A DNA stretch of 64,000 nt from Chrysomallon squamiferum (GCA_012295275.1 CM022672.1:23746001-23810000), one strand, 5' to 3'; positions 1-16,501 are shown, counted from the stretch's first letter. Notes: generated from the letters alone by a model not told the origin. Translations and numbers: made by a program.

Positions 1-1114
1 TTATTAACACGCTATGATACATAAAGGCTGATATGACTATTTTATAAACTGCACTTACAAATATTACATTTTTTTAAACTGATATGAAATAGCTCGTTGA
101 AAGAATAATAACTAACAGGCAGTCCTGACATTTACTGTCACAGAGTCTAGAATTAATATAATTATAGAATATGATGTATTACTAATTACACTTAGAATTA
201 AAGCTGCATATGCGAAGTAAATTTCATGTATCCTATTTTCATTTGATATATGTGTATTTATATGTGTGTTTAATATTATTATTTATTTCGGTATATTTAA
301 ACTAAACTAATAAATTTTGACATTTTTATATCACAATTATTTTAATTTAAAAAAAAAAAAAAATTAAAATGTTTTTTATTATTTATTTTTATTTTTTATT
401 TTATTTTATTTTATTTTATTATATTTTATTTTTTTTTTTTTGATGAGGCTCACGAAACAAATAATACATTTTAAAAAAAACAAAACAAAACAAAACATAA
501 CGAAAATAACAATGAAATAAAAACTTCGCTAAAAATATACACTGTTAACTTTTAAAATCAAAAGCAGAAAAAAGCAACATTAAAAAAAAAAAAAAAAAAA
601 CACTGCGTATTCTGCCCATCGTTTTTAAATAGTTTTATCCTTTATATTATAAAAGATCACAACATTTCATCTTCTAAGTTATGTACCCTTTTTAATATCA
701 TTTCCACTCCTGAACAGAAAATACAGCTCTCTCGTAGTCTAATGAATAAGAGAATAAGCATAAGAATTTGTTGTAGGCCCTGAGATAAACAAAACAATTT
801 ACGTACATCCATTTTAAGTGAACTGTTAAGTGCCTTGTCATGTAGTTTAACAAACACTTACATTTCCTTGATCTTTTGTTACAGATTGGTATCACTATTA
901 TTAGCTATTGTTGATGATGATGACGATAATTATATGATAAGAATATGTTATATAATATATGTAACACATATTCTTAACACATCACATAATTCACTACGAA
1001 CATGGATACATTGTTATGGGAAAGGTGATAAAGACATTAAATCGGTTATATCGACTTTATATTTGACCTTACTATTTTTTCTGAAATTGTTGTGAGACAC
1101 CACACAAATGCATC

Positions 1115-1118
<4 letters not shown>

Positions 1119-1206
<88 letters not shown>
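1119..1206. repeat. (TC)n microsatellite
   Basis: Pure dinucleotide run. Confidence 0.98.
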
Positions 1207-1210
<4 letters not shown>

Positions 1211-2949
1211 AAATGTTTTATCCTAACGAGCAAAGTAAAAAATAATATATATCGTCTGTGTGTGCGTGCGTGTGCATGTGCGTTTGTTTGTTTCAGAACA
1301 GACTTAGAAAACAATGTGGAACAACAACAACAAACTACAGCCTAAATGTTTTTACTGTCATTTATTTCCTGTAATACATTTATAATTTATAACACTGAAA
1401 CATATATTTTAATATTGTATGTATGTACGTATATATGTAGGTATATAGGTGTGTGTGTGTGTGTGTATATATCCATAGCTGTAATAAATAAAATAGCTGT
1501 CATCTGTTACAAATATTTTATTGTTTTAAAATATCATACGCCGTGATGTCTCCTGGGTTTTTCATTAACTGTATGGAAATCTGTCATCTCAGAGAATTAC
1601 TGCAGGCTATGCTCCCGTTCTCTACTTTATCATTTACGATAATTTAGTGGAAAACAAATCTAATATTTTAAAATTAAGCTATGAATCTTGAGCGATGGTA
1701 TTATTATTGATCTGAAAGGCACACTCTCTTTATCAGCATCTCTTCTTCTGATTACTTATTTTCTTCTTGTTTGGATCTTTGTCTCAACATATGTTTATAA
1801 GTTTATTGTCTGCTTGTAATTATGTAGGTGGAGACAGGTGTCTTAAGGGTATGCTGCCAACTTCAAATAAAATAATTAAATTATCGATCGGCATGCAATT
1901 CTAGTGCAGTTTCCCATCATGGGTTAAGTTAGGTGCTGGTTTGTGCTTACATACGCTAATTTTTTTGTATTGTAAGAGATAATACTTAGCAAATAGAAAA
2001 TAATTATGTTCAACACAATTTACCTTTGGGAATAGTAAAATAATCTGAGATGAAAAAGATAATGAAAACGAACTTTTCTTTAATTAGATTAAAAAATCCC
2101 CGGTAAATCTGATACTCATTAAAATATTAATATTACAATACATTCAAACACCTGATTTTTATTTTATTATTATTTATTTTTTTTTTTTTTTTTTATATCT
2201 ATTATTTTTTTCATTTTAAACGCAGCAATAATGAAAATTCTTGATTTTAAAATTAATAAACAAAAGTTGAAATCAGATATTAGTCATACTTTTGATCTGG
2301 ATAAGACTGTTTTTATATTTTTAAGAAGTTTAGGTTAAACATCAAAAGTACAGATATCTCAAAACATTGTTCTTCGGGTATTATCAGAGAAACTGAAGAA
2401 ACTACAAAGCTGTTGATTTGCTGCGTTCTTCTTTCACACGAGTATACACTACACTTAGTACGCCCCCTTGCTTAGCAAAAATAGATCATTTTAAATGGTT
2501 AAGAGAGTAACAAAAACTGCTTAGACCTTTGTAAAATCTCTTGGAAGCGATTTGTTCAGTTTGCGGTAAATATGTTTTGGGCGCTGACGTCCATTACTAT
2601 ACATTTAGGTAAAAATCAAAAGCGACAACTACTTCAGCGCAAATCCTCTAGGCTTATCCTCCGCCAAGTTCATTAATGGTAATGTGCTGTAAATCAGATG
2701 CAAACGTTATTAACATGTATCACACTGATATAACGTATAAAACTATGGTTTTAGAATCACAGCATCAACCGTCAGATGCTGGAATTTGAGAGGGTAAAAG
2801 AATAAAATGAACGAATAAATGAATGCAAGAATTAAGTAACTGCTGAAGGTGTACATCACAACTGTTAATAAAATCCATTTAAAATGTTTAATTAAAGTTT
2901 AAAATGTCTAATTAAAGAGCACAATGATAATGGCGGAGCAATGTATAAC

Positions 2950-3100
<151 letters not shown>

Positions 3101-6100
3101 GCTACTGGATTAAAGAGTTAAATAAAGCGAATCGTTTCACGCCTACTGTTATTTCTGTTCCAAATTAAAATGAAGAAAAATCTAACACAGCAGCTGCAAA
3201 TACTTTGTACTTAATGATTTGATAGCTGTTTTGAACTCTCTGAGTGTATTTGCGGTAATCATTTGAACAATATGGCACTTTTGTTACTGTACTTTTAAAA
3301 TCAATTTATAAAAGTCTGTATCTGGAATCATTAAAATGCAATGTAATCAATAATTTAATATATATTTTTTTCTAATTAATATTTGTTTGCACAGTATTTG
3401 AAACGAAATGCAGACATAAAATTTAATGTGTACTTTTCATGATACGAATAAATAGTCTAATTACATTCTATATACTTTAAACTTATACGTTTTATTACTC
3501 TTGTCGCCTATCTAAGCTAATAATAACATATAATAAAGAAAATAAGAGTCACAAAAAATCGTGGATATAACTTAAAACAATCGAATTATTTTAAGCAAAA
3601 AACCCCACAAAAAATAAGTTTCAGCAAAAGAAATCTAATTATTGAATTACAAAGTCTCTCTTTCGACAGAATAAATCGATATATTATTTGAAAGCAATAT
3701 TTTTTTCTCTTGTCATTACATATAAAAGAAAAGACTAAAAATTTACATCATCATATGAGGAGTTAGTTTCAATCTAGAATTATAACAAAAAATGAGGCAA
3801 ACTCGTTTTTGTCACTCAGGACTGAGGTGTCAAAAAACAACAACAACAAAAATGTATAGGAAAACTAGAAACATGGTTCATAACGGCAGATCTAAAACCT
3901 TTTATATTTTAATTGCAGTAAGATTAAATAAGAAAGTATAAGTTTAAAACAGAGTTGTTTCTTGTTTTGTCTTGAAGTCAATGGACAACATAAAATTCTT
4001 CTCTTGTTTCCTTCTGAATTTTATTTTTAAAAATAGCAGCAAACACAAATAGGATCTGTTAGCAATAACAGTTTCTGGCTGATGATGAAATATGATGAAA
4101 TACTATAAATAAAAGAAACAAATACAAAAATGCACCAAGTTATTCAAGGTTTACCAGAAATTTACAAATTAATGCATTTTAGAAGCTGAGAATGTTCTTC
4201 AGTCTTTGCTGATGAATTTTACTATTTTAAAAAAAAATATATGATAAAAATTAATAACCTGAGTTAAAAAAAAGTTTGCAAATTAGTACTTTTCTAAATT
4301 AAGGTTTTCGGTTTGATCTTCTATAAGCTTACAACTGTTCGTTACTGTACAAAATATAGCACTGCTGGGAAATTTGCTTTGTCGTTATAGATCTTCCTTT
4401 TAATTGGGACTGTTTCCAAGTTTAGTACAAACTTCCACCTACACACGACAGACTCAGGTGATTTCTTAGTTAAAGAACCGATCGTAATTACAGTTCTAAA
4501 TAATCCTTGGCAAATTTAAAATGCTGTGAAGTTTATCTAGAGCTTATTAGTGTTGTTTTATATCAAATACAAAAATAATTTTTTTTAATGAATTTTCAGT
4601 TATCAGTCAATCAATCAGCCGGTATATATATATATCTATATATAAGTTGACCCAATAACAGCTATGTAAACAGGTGATTTAAGATGCCGATATTTTAAGC
4701 AGACAAATTAATTATATAATTAAATTAAATTGATTATAATTAAATATTATTTTTTGAAAGCAAAATTTGTATCGAATAGGTTTGTAATAATCTTGTATTA
4801 AAAATAAACAATGGTTTGATAATAACTGCAGGATCATTAAGAAACGGTAAAATAATGTGTGAATGTGTGCATGTATATGTACACGCACGTGTGATATTTA
4901 TATAATGTTATTATTGTTTTGTCGTTCTTTCGCTGTCTCTTTTTTTTTTTTTTTTTTTTAACATTTTTTTTTTGAAAAAAAAAAAATGTTATTGTTATTC
5001 AAAAAAAAGTGAGGATAATATTTTACTTTTTGGGATGTGATTTTACATGGGATTTCCCTATACCGTATGTTATCAGATGCTATCGTATGACACTTTATTG
5101 GTGTACTAATGCAAATGTGCCAGAACGCCCCAAATGGGACAGCTAATAAACAGCAATGGCGTGTGATCGTATAATGCTGATGTTCGATTCTGAAAACATT
5201 TTTTTGCTACTTTTTTAAAATTGCATTTGTCATCATTTTGTCACGCACAGCTTGTTTCAAGTTTGGATCTTTGCACAAGCAATAATTGGTAATTGACTAC
5301 AATCGATCATGGAGCTGAAACTTGAGATAATGTTAGCTGTTATCATCATTATTGTTTTCTCAACGAATTAGTCTTAGTGTTTGTTCAAATGTAATGATGC
5401 AGATCACTGGTAGACGAACTGAACGAACTGAAATCAGTCAATATAATTCGTAAAATATATTTTTGTCAATGTAAATAAAGTTGTTTTATTTATAGGAATC
5501 TGAACGCATCGTAAAACTGACATGAATGGAACTAAAAGTGATTTTTTTTTCCCCTTTGCTTTCCGATCTCTTTTTCATTTAGTTATTTCCACTCATTCAC
5601 AAAAACAATCCTTTAGCGACAAAAGGTTTATTTTTAAATGGACTATATAAAGATTTTGTTCGAGCGGCTACCATTAACGTAATAAACAACACCAAAGGAT
5701 CCCACGCATTTCTTTCATTGACTGGTGCAACACGGACTCCAGATGCGATTGAGCTATTTGTCGACACTGGCTGACCATTAATTAGTTTTAGATCTTCGCT
5801 CGTTTCCCACAGCGACTTTTACACAACGATGAATGACCTGGCACAGACAGTAAAGAAATTAGCGATAAGAGGTTGAAGATACGGGGCTTTTTATTTCCCC
5901 AAAATATTAAACGCGCGAAACTATAAATTTATATATATATTTATTTATTTGTTTATTTATTTGATTCTCCGCGTTCTTCGTTCTTATTTTTATTTTATTT
6001 ATTTTTTATTTTTTTTTTTTTTTCGAGATGAGCTCATATTGAGGATTATCACAATTATTATTGTTGTTTATTAATTCTCATATGAAAACAGACTCGACAT

Positions 6101-7227
6101 CTGCGATCAAATTATGTAATTATTTTTATAACGCTATTTATGAATTAATTATTATTATTATTTTTTTAATTCTTATTTATTATTATTATTTTTTTTTTTT
6201 AAATTTATTAAATAACATAAAACAGACACACGTTTGATTTAACATTAGTGATACTTGGTTCCAGATACGTAATTTTTTTTTGTTTACAAAATATGTAATG
6301 ATACGTTAATACTTAAAACAAATTATATTAATAACATCGGTCATTGAATGAATTAAAATTATAGGTTTACTATCCTTTATCTTAAAAATTTTGGATACGA
6401 ACAATAAAGGGTCTAAAATGCTTACTTGAAAGAAATATAGTAAATAAACTTTGTAATATATATAAATTGAAATTAATAATATTCCTGCTTATAATTATAC
6501 ATTTAATATTTATACACAAAAGACCGAATTATTTTCAAAGCTTTTTTCGGAATTGCTAATAATGTACTGTATTAGTCATTAAACAAAACACGAAAATAGA
6601 CTTTCAACTTAATTATTTTTTCCTGTTACATTATATTTTCATTTTCAAGATAATAATAAACCAATGAAATAGAAAAATGTTGATGTAATATCGAAAACAT
6701 GAAAATATTATATTTGGCTCATTATCAAAAACTGTTAAAAAATAATCATCTTATTAATAAAGTCAATTTAGAAACAGATTTCTAGAAAACCCTGAAAATC
6801 TTGATACTGATTTACTAACTGTATCTCTACTTTCTGTTTTTAATAACTGATATATTTAAAAACACCCACCCATCCACACACACACAAAAGAATAGGTTTC
6901 AAGAAATATAAACACAAAATTAAATTAAAATGTTTTATCCATAGAAAATGTAATAAACATTAATGAAAAATAACATTAATGATACATCAGAAGATGCTAA
7001 TTTTTTAAAATCTTTCTTTATTTTTTGTTTGTTGTTTTGTTTTGTATTGTTTTGTAGTACAGTAATATTAATGAATATTAGTAAAATATATTATGTACTT
7101 AATTATCCTGTTATATTCTCTCTGGCTAAAACGAAATTAATTTTCTACTAATTGTCGTTACATTTTGTTTGTCGAAGGTTATTTAATAATACTAGAATTA
7201 ACCTAATAATTAAAGAGAAAGATAATC

Positions 7228-7258
<31 letters not shown>

Positions 7259-7308
7259 CATACATCCATACATACATACATACATACATACATACATACA
7301 TACATACA

Positions 7309-7344
<36 letters not shown>

Positions 7345-7372
7345 TATACATATACATACACACACATATATA
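7228..7372. repeat. Compound (TA)n/(TACA)n microsatellite
   Basis: Direct inspection. Confidence 0.95.
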
Positions 7373-10300
7373 AAATTTACTTGTCGTTACAGACCTTCTA
7401 ATTAGGATTGTTTATAAGATTAGTACAGAGTTTAGTACATGTGTGTGTGTGTTTGAGTGTTTTCACAGACAAACGCACATACATACACACACTCACATAA
7501 ACATATGATATTGTCATTTCAAAAAGAAAGTCGCCAATAGATTATATATACACATACATCCGTCATTATACATAAAACATTCATTATTAAATAAATCCAC
7601 CAGCAGACACGATATCACAACAAATCTGCCAGCATACTTTCACGACCAGAGATGCACAATTCGTGTATGAATATGAAATTCAGATATGCCGTTACATATA
7701 TATATATATATATATATATATCCGATGATGTGCAGGTACACACTCCCACACAAACAGATTACAGACTTGAGCTGTGCAGTCCTATCAGTGGTACAGAAGT
7801 GGTAGCGTAGTAGGGAAACAATCAATTCTTATAATGGGTGCGAGCAAAAATAGGTCTCGGTGTCGCTAGACGAGTAATTAGAAAAGATGTGAAAATCTAG
7901 ATTAAATACGGAATTATTAAGCACACTTGAGAATGAACGCGCTGGTTTGTTTAAATAGACTTCCTGCATTAGCAGACGCAATAGGAACAGGATAACTTTA
8001 ATGTTCAACAAAGTCAAATGAATACAACCCCTGTCAGTCTGGCAAAGATAACTTCCGGCGAAAAGAAATTTAAATAGCAATTACTTCCGTTCGGTGTGAT
8101 GTTGCATACATTACATGACGGGACGTACGATTTGGCTGACAGTAAAGAACTTACATTTCAGTAATGGATTCAATTTAGCGAAAGTCAATTTCCTGTATCT
8201 TCAGTTGAATAAATTGCTGCTTATTGGTTTATTTAAAGGATTCGAATTAGGCGGCAAGCAGGCAGGTGCGACTTGACACCAAAGACTGTAAGGGTATGTA
8301 AGTGATTGGCGAGTCAGCACGAGTTTAATCAACGAAGGCAGAAAAATAAAGAATATTAATAATTCATTTCTGAACATTAACCTCAATTGTTCACGGTGAT
8401 TTACTGGTCGTTAGACTCCAACATGAATGTATGCTGTAATACAGGTCATGACCTCCAAACAAACTATTAAAAAGGTTTTTTGATTTTAATTTTATCCCTG
8501 GTCATCAGTTATCGCTGGAAAAAAAAAAAAATAATAATAAAGTCTCCCCAAAGAGCATGGGTAATTCGGATAACTTCAAGACAGCGATTCTCTCAAATAT
8601 CAGTGGTATAACAAACCTTTTTCTGGTTCAGTTTAGATCCCATAAATGTATCACCAACACAGAGAAACATAACACCAAAACTCCCCACGAAAAGTCTATC
8701 GAGATTACTATGTGATGTATTAGTTACATCTAATTTGCTGAAAATAATTACATAAGACATAAAGCAAACCATTATTTAGGATATTTCTGAGCATGAACTA
8801 ATTTATATTTATGAATTGTTCTAATGGCGTCATTTTAACGTAATAAGTTTGGGTACAGTTGGAAATTACTGAAGACAAAATTAGCTGGAATGGCCCACAG
8901 GCACTTGTTCTTGGTAATCCATACCCTCTAAAAGTTCAACTTGTAGTGCAGTTGCTTTGAGTGCTGTTTAAACTGAGTTTGGTCAGTGCATTTGCACTGC
9001 ATCCCCTTATGATTGGCTTGAATTTGTTGTTCTCACATTTCTACTCTCAGTCAAATCGGTGTTCATATTTTGTTTAGTTTATGGCCCTAGTCTCACTTTT
9101 ACGAAAATTGCTGATTAGATGTACAGTTAGTTATTTTATGATATTTTAATTGTTATGATTATAACCTTTAGTTCGGATGTAATTTTTCCAAAAGAGAAAC
9201 ACATAATATTATGTTAACTCATTTTTCTCATTAATAAAATATTATCTCCATAATAAATAGGTTCAGAAAATTTAAATGAATACCTTGATTTCCAAGTAAG
9301 TACATGCATGATAATTAGGAAATAACTGAACTGTAATTTGTTGGTTTAATTCAGTTATTTTTAATGTTTTGTTTGTTTGTTTTGTTTTGTTTTGTTTGTT
9401 TTGAGCGTTCTAAATGTACTTGTATTGGCTGTCCTGAGAGGTGTGTGTTTCTGTGAGTGTTGTATCTGTGTCTGTCTTAGTTTTTGCTTGGATAGTATAA
9501 CTGTCGACAGTTTTATCTGAAATGTAGTTTAGTTTACTAAGATACAAAATACAAAGAAAATTTCAATGGCCTTAACAATCTCAGTCGCCCTATTTCTTTG
9601 TATTATTTTGTTTGTTGTACAGTTTAGTTCAAAATATATCGAGATTAACCTAATTCTTAGAGAAAAAATTCACAATAACAAAACCATCTGTTATCATGTT
9701 TATAGGTCATGGTCAAATTACAAGCTATTTTTAGATAGATGTGACAAGGCTGTATTTTGTATGTATTTGTAAACTGCTCGTTAAGAAAAATTTAATTTTA
9801 AAAGTGCATGGCCATAACTAGACTCTTTTTAAGACGAGGCAAAAAATGATGTCTTTGAATTCAGTTATGTCTTTCATCGCAACGATGTCGGAAGACTTGA
9901 AACGGTAACTATAGAAATAAACGAATTCATTCAGTGAATATCGTTTCTATCGGAATAGAGATTTATGTTTTATATTTTTTAATAAAAATCTTTGTATATA
10001 TATATATATATATATAAAAAAAAAAAAATTATAAAATAAAATTCTCAGTTTCAGTATGAGGCATTTTCCTCATTTGCCTCAATGTAGTTACGGCCATGAA
10101 GTGAATGTCGAAATATCACCATTATTGCATGGAATTGTGTTCTTTTAATAAAACGTACATTGCATACAGTTAATATAATTATTTGAAGTCATATACAGAA
10201 AAGTCTTATCGTGTAGTTTCTCAAAGAGAAAGATATTCAACAACTCTACTGATTGATGTTGCACTATCAGAACATATTTAAATGTTTGGAGTGATGATGA

Positions 10301-11269
10301 TTATGGTAGCTGTGGTGGTTGTGATGATGATGATGATCAGAACAGTAACAAAAAAGAATGATGATGATCAGAACAGTTACAAAAAGAACACTACTACTGT
10401 TAGAGCTACAGTAATAATAGTAATAATAAGAAGAAAAGAGTTAATGAAGAAAAAAATTCTAAAGTTTTAATTTTTCTTTTTTCTTTTACTTCTTCTTTGT
10501 TGTTTTTTTAAATTTTTTATTATATTTTAATATAGTATTTCATGACGTTATATGAATGATTTAGAACCACGTTATATTATTCTTTTTGCTAAGCACCAAT
10601 AGATTTTATTTTTTAAAATAAGAGAAGAAGAAGCAACAAAGAGCGACTGATTACCCCCAAAATGGCGTCGTTTTGTTAATTTTGATTTATTTTATTTTAT
10701 TTTATTTTATTTTATTTTTTTTTTTTTAAATTGATTATTTTCATTATTATTATCACATTTTTGTTTTCAATCAATTTGAACTCTGCTCGACAACATATCC
10801 TTGACAAAAGACGTGAATGAAATCTGACGTGTGATAAAAATAAATCCAACGTCTTTCGTGTAAACTACTTTAATTTATCCACTGTGAATGATCAAAGGAA
10901 ACAGGATCTTTCTTTAGCGTCTTGGGTGTATAATAACAGGACGTTGAATGAATGTACCGTAAACTAAATAACAGTACTTGAGTCCGCGACCATAACAATA
11001 CTATCAGACGGTAATCACAGGTTTTCATTTGTAATACAAAGCGTGCCACGCTGTGGTTTGGAGAATACCTATTCTCTCTAATGTTATTCAAGGATGGTAA
11101 ATCGATAGCATTTTTCTTTTTTCATAGGTTTTAAGCAACTAAAATGTATATATATCCATAAAGTATTGTTGTGTTGTCTCTATAAAAAATATATACATGT
11201 TCTAAAGTTTTATTTTTTCAGTGTCTATATTTCCGTGAGGTTTTGATTTACACCACAGTTTAAATTAAT

Positions 11270-11405
11270 CCAGTGCTCAACGATTGGTTATCAAAAGAAA
11301 CATGGCATTTGTTTTCTTTGTTATGGGAGCTTGCGTATAAAAGGACCCATTTTTACTGATCGATTGCAGTAGCCTATGTTATTGTTTTCTGCACCGTTAA
11401 TAAAT
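11270..11405 (+). mobile_element. Decayed SINE-like interspersed repeat fragment
   Basis: Shares ordered motifs with 54625-54791 (TGCRTATAAA..CTRATCG..AGTAGCCYAT..TGCACCGTTAA); followed by a simple-repeat tail. Confidence 0.5.
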
Positions 11406-11410
11406 AATTG

Positions 11411-11481
<71 letters not shown>

Positions 11482-12369
11482 TTATACAAGAAGAGAATTA
11501 GAGACAAAGAAAGAAGAAAAACCAAAAATATTTGACATTTAATAAATGATAATATTAAAAATATATTGTGTCATGTTAAACATTACTTCATTCTTTTTAA
11601 CTCCTTGCAGATTATTCATCTATATCACTGAGAGGAAGAAAAAAAAATTGGCATAAGATGTGAAAAAGAAAAAAAAAATGTTTAAAATATTTTCTGAAAT
11701 AATTGAACGAGTTTCGAATACAGACAGAATTCATGAATTTCTTTTGGTTTTACAAAAATCCAATTGTTTTTGTTGTTTTTTTTATATAAAAAGGGCTGGA
11801 AAATGAGAAAAAATAACAAAACAACAAAAGCAAGCAAACAAAATAAGAACAGAAACGAAGGATAAAAGAAGTCAGATTACATTACAGACAAAAAAACTTT
11901 CAGAAAACCTCCCCCCAAAAAAACCCAACAACAACACTGGATTGACATTTTCTTTAAAAAAACCTAATAAATTTCAAAAAAAAAAAAAAAAAAAAAAAAA
12001 ATGATATCACTTCAGTTTTCTCACAGCTATCATTAACTATAAATAATATGAAAAAACTTAATTCAATAATAATATTTTTTCTTTATACACCGATATTATC
12101 ATCTTCATAAACATCAACATTATCGTTGCGGCCATTAGTGTCATGAATAGACGTGTCATAATAATAAAAAATATTTTTTATTTTTTGCTCTTTTGTTTAT
12201 ATATATTTTTTTAATGTTCTTTTTTTTTTTCAGTTTGTATGTATGTTGTTAATGGGTTTTTTTTAAAAGTAATATAATGTTTGAAAAGTGTAACTTATTT
12301 AATTAGTACAGTCATTAAAAATACCTTAAAATGATATTAATACTTGGCGATATGATACATTCAGAAAAG

Positions 12370-12371
<2 letters not shown>

Positions 12372-12455
<84 letters not shown>
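12372..12455. repeat. (CT)n microsatellite
   Basis: Pure dinucleotide run. Confidence 0.98.
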
Positions 12456-12459
<4 letters not shown>

Positions 12460-12794
12460 GTGTTTTTATTTATTTATTTTGAATACATGTGATAGGAAAT
12501 TAAAACGATTAACATTAAATTCATAGTTTCGGATCTTGCGATTATTTATAAGTGTATTTTACTCTGAGTTTATGTTCATCAACTTTATCCTTGATATAAA
12601 TATCCAGTCTCTAAAAGCTAGGGCATGCAAGCACCTAAAACATGCACAACATGTAATACCAAAATAAAATAATAATATGCAACTATTCATCTTTAGCTGT
12701 ATCATTGACTTTCACATCATATAAACAAATTGAAACATTTTTCAGAACTCTGTGTTTAACAGTGTAATTTACAGTAGGCACTGCAAAACCTCAT

Positions 12795-12842
<48 letters not shown>

Positions 12843-13101
12843 TTTTTTACATTTTATTCAAACATAAAAAAAAAAATAATAATAATAATAATAAAATATA
12901 ATAATAATAAAATAAAACAAACAAACAAAACCTACAAAACAAAACAACAAGAACAAAAAAGAAATAATCTATAAATAAATTCAATATGATTAAATATAAA
13001 AAAAATATATATGTTTTTAAATTTCAAAATATCCTACTAATGTTCTGTACCTGCCATAATTTATATGGTATATATTAATTTTTAATATTAAAATGTTAAT
13101 C

Positions 13102-13104
<3 letters not shown>

Positions 13105-13193
<89 letters not shown>
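13105..13193. repeat. (AG)n microsatellite
   Basis: Pure dinucleotide run. Confidence 0.98.
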
Positions 13194-13197
<4 letters not shown>

Positions 13198-13932
13198 ATA
13201 ATAAAAAAATAATAGTTCAGATAAAGTGAGGAGCACGGGAAGAAACTGGAAATAATCTCTTGTTTCAGTATGTAGATTATGGATTGTTACCTTCATTCTT
13301 CCGACCACAATTCAGTTACTAAGCTACAACCCGGCCTGTCAAAAAGTTAGAGATGTATAACGCGAAGGATCACTGACATATCTCTGTATGTATTTGTAAT
13401 GTCAGTTAATGAAGGTACTAGATATTCCAGATGCAGATATGAATATCATATATATGTTTTAGATAGAAACATTTATCATTTCTATATTAACAATATTATC
13501 AGTTTATTAGAAGTCTAATGTTTCATCCCACATATCAAGATCGAATTTAAAAATGGATTCAACAGCCATTTCAACAATTTCAGATGAATCTAATGAACTT
13601 TTAAATAATCTCTGTTGGTTATCTTTCATACACCCGCTTTCATTACTTCCTTGTAAATTTTTTATTTATTTATTTATTTATTTATTATTATTATTGTTGT
13701 TGTTGTTATTATTATTATTATTACTATTTCTTTCTTTCTTTCTTTCTTTTTTTTTTTTTTTAATTAGTAGTTACGAAATTAATTATTTTGTAAAAATATG
13801 CTTTGGCAATTTTCTGTCCATGTTATACTATCTTGTCGCTAAATCTATATCAACAAAATATTTTAGGTAAAAAATGAATAGGACATACACTCCGACCTTT
13901 TTTTTTTTTTTGCAGCCAGCTTCAACTGACAA

Positions 13933-13976
13933 ACACACACACAGACACACACACACACACAGTAACACACACACAA

Positions 13977-14068
<92 letters not shown>
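13933..14068. repeat. Compound (CA)n/(GA)n microsatellite
   Basis: Direct inspection. Confidence 0.95.
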
Positions 14069-14069
<1 letters not shown>

Positions 14070-16456
14070 TCACAAATTATGGGGATATCTTTCCGACGTT
14101 TACACTCTTCAAGCGCCACTTACTGGCTTCCTTAGACTAAATGACCTGCTTACCTTTCCTACAGCACGTTTAACAGTTTCCTACGTTGTTTTACTAACAA
14201 GAATTCGTAATTTATGAACCATGATACAACAGCGGCACACTTACTCAAGGTTTACGTAACCCGGCAAATTTCATGACGTACATCGTGACATTAGTGAAGA
14301 AACTACGTTCACAGACGTATGTTATCGTGTTCTGCACTAACTTCACCTTTACTAAGAATTCTTTCTTTATTCTATTTCCTAAACTGATTATTCCTTTCTT
14401 GTGTGTCCGCTTCCTTCCTCCCTACACATTTTCTTTGTAATCTTATTATTAGCAATAATACTTTAATATTTTAAACATGCACGCAGAGATGATTCTTGCT
14501 AATGCCTGGTTTATAATATCTATGGTTCATAAAAAGTTATTTGCTCCTGGTCAGTAAGAATAGCAGTTTTCTAACTTGTAACATTTTCTATCATAATTAT
14601 TAGCTTAAGAAAGTAATTCGGGGTTTAATGAGGTTTTACTTTTAAATTCAATGTGATTAAAATGATATCTTCCATGTTTAAAAATCGTAACGAAAATCAA
14701 ATGTTATAAACCAAATGCATATAAAGTAATAGTCCCAATGCATAAAATACACACACAAATATACAAATTTGAAGAGTTAATAGCAAAATTTAAAAAAATA
14801 AAACAAATATAAAAGATAACAAAGACATAATTTAATGACCGAATAACCAGGTTTTATATTTTTCACACCTCAATCTCGTATTTCATAATACCACACCACA
14901 TTGCATCATTCCGTAATGTTTGTTGTTTTATTATGATTTTATACCCGATTTGTGATGTCAGGTACAAGCATGTGTATGTGTTTTTCTATGTATTTATGAA
15001 TTCTTATGCGTTTATTCATTTAACTGATTTTTCTTGCTGTTGTTTTTTTGTTTGTTTGTTTTTTAACCAATACAGGTTTGCTTAATTATTTCCAAAATGC
15101 GCGATGATATTCACGTTTCCGCCACACCCTCTGAAATCCGACGCCGACATTGTCAGTCTCCTTGGAGTACAAATCACATGACAGGAAAGTTTAACACAGT
15201 GACCGAGTTTCGTGGATAATCGTGTGTACATTCTTCTGTCGGCCAAAAGTTGGACAGTCACTATTCAAACATTACAAATTGCATCAGCTTTGCTTCGTAC
15301 AACCGCCACATCCTGCCTCTCAATGAACGAGGTCGCAGTTCGCACAGTCCGCCTACTCACGTGTGGGAGGCGCAGTTCTAAATATAGTCAGTGAAAATAG
15401 TCCCGGTTTGTTGTTAAACAACCCGTGACGCGCTTGTCGCTAACATAGATTACGGTTATAAACTGTAGGAATAAATAAATAAATAAATAAATAAATAAAT
15501 GCTTTTACACTGCAGGATCTAAGAAGACAACAGAAAAAGTTGTATATTTAATCATACATAATTTTATGTTGAATTATTTTCTTGCGGAATTGAAAAAATT
15601 GCTCTGTTGAAACGATTTCTAATCTGGGAGTTATTTGGTGGTTTGGTCCGATCAGCAATACACAGAACAAGCATCAGAACACCTGCCGTCAAATCTTCAT
15701 GTTCCGATTTGCTCTGCACCGTCTTTTCCCTACCTAACATTATTTTTTTTATTTTTTTATTTTTTTTCTGTGACAGCCGCTCCCTCGGGCCTTGTTCAGA
15801 CGCCCTTGCCAACACAGACGTGCTTCGCAGCAGATTCCTCTCACAAGCAGGTTAATGTTTCACCCGCTCATTCACTCGCTTGACGCCAGGGAAATGGATT
15901 TTTTTTTTTTGTGACTTTACGTGATAATGAGCAAGAGAATCGTCAATGACAGAGCTGCTATAACTTTCCAAAATTTTCCACGGTTCAAAAGTGCAGTTTC
16001 GATGAATAATTTGGCAATAAATTCGGTCTATTAACATGTCTGGGAAATAAAAGAAAGAAAGAGAAAGCTATTGCACAATCTTATTTTGATCACGTTACTG
16101 GCTGAGTTTTCTGTATTGTGAACAAATTACTTGAGAATTATCAAATAAATGAATATTAATGCCGAAATTTTAATTTAGTTTTTGGAAAGATTCCATCTTA
16201 ATTTCGGTTTGATAGAGAAATATTTTTTAAAAATACTTTTTAATTTATTTTTATAAATAATTCTAAAAATCCACTATCAAGAAATAGATTTAAAAAAAAA
16301 AAAAATAATAGTAAATAAAATAAAAATAGTAATAATAATAAAAATAAAATAAAAATAAATACTAATTTATTTATTTAATTGTTTATGTACAAGTATATTT
16401 AGTTTAATTTATACATTTTAAAATATTCATTTAAAGTTCATTGCAAAATAATCATA

Positions 16457-16501
<45 letters not shown>

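Noticed and set aside
9566-9772. 68-aa ORF with a signal-peptide-like start (MALTISVALFLCIILFVVQF)
   Set aside because: Hydrophobicity is expected from T-rich DNA; no family motif, promoter or splice support.
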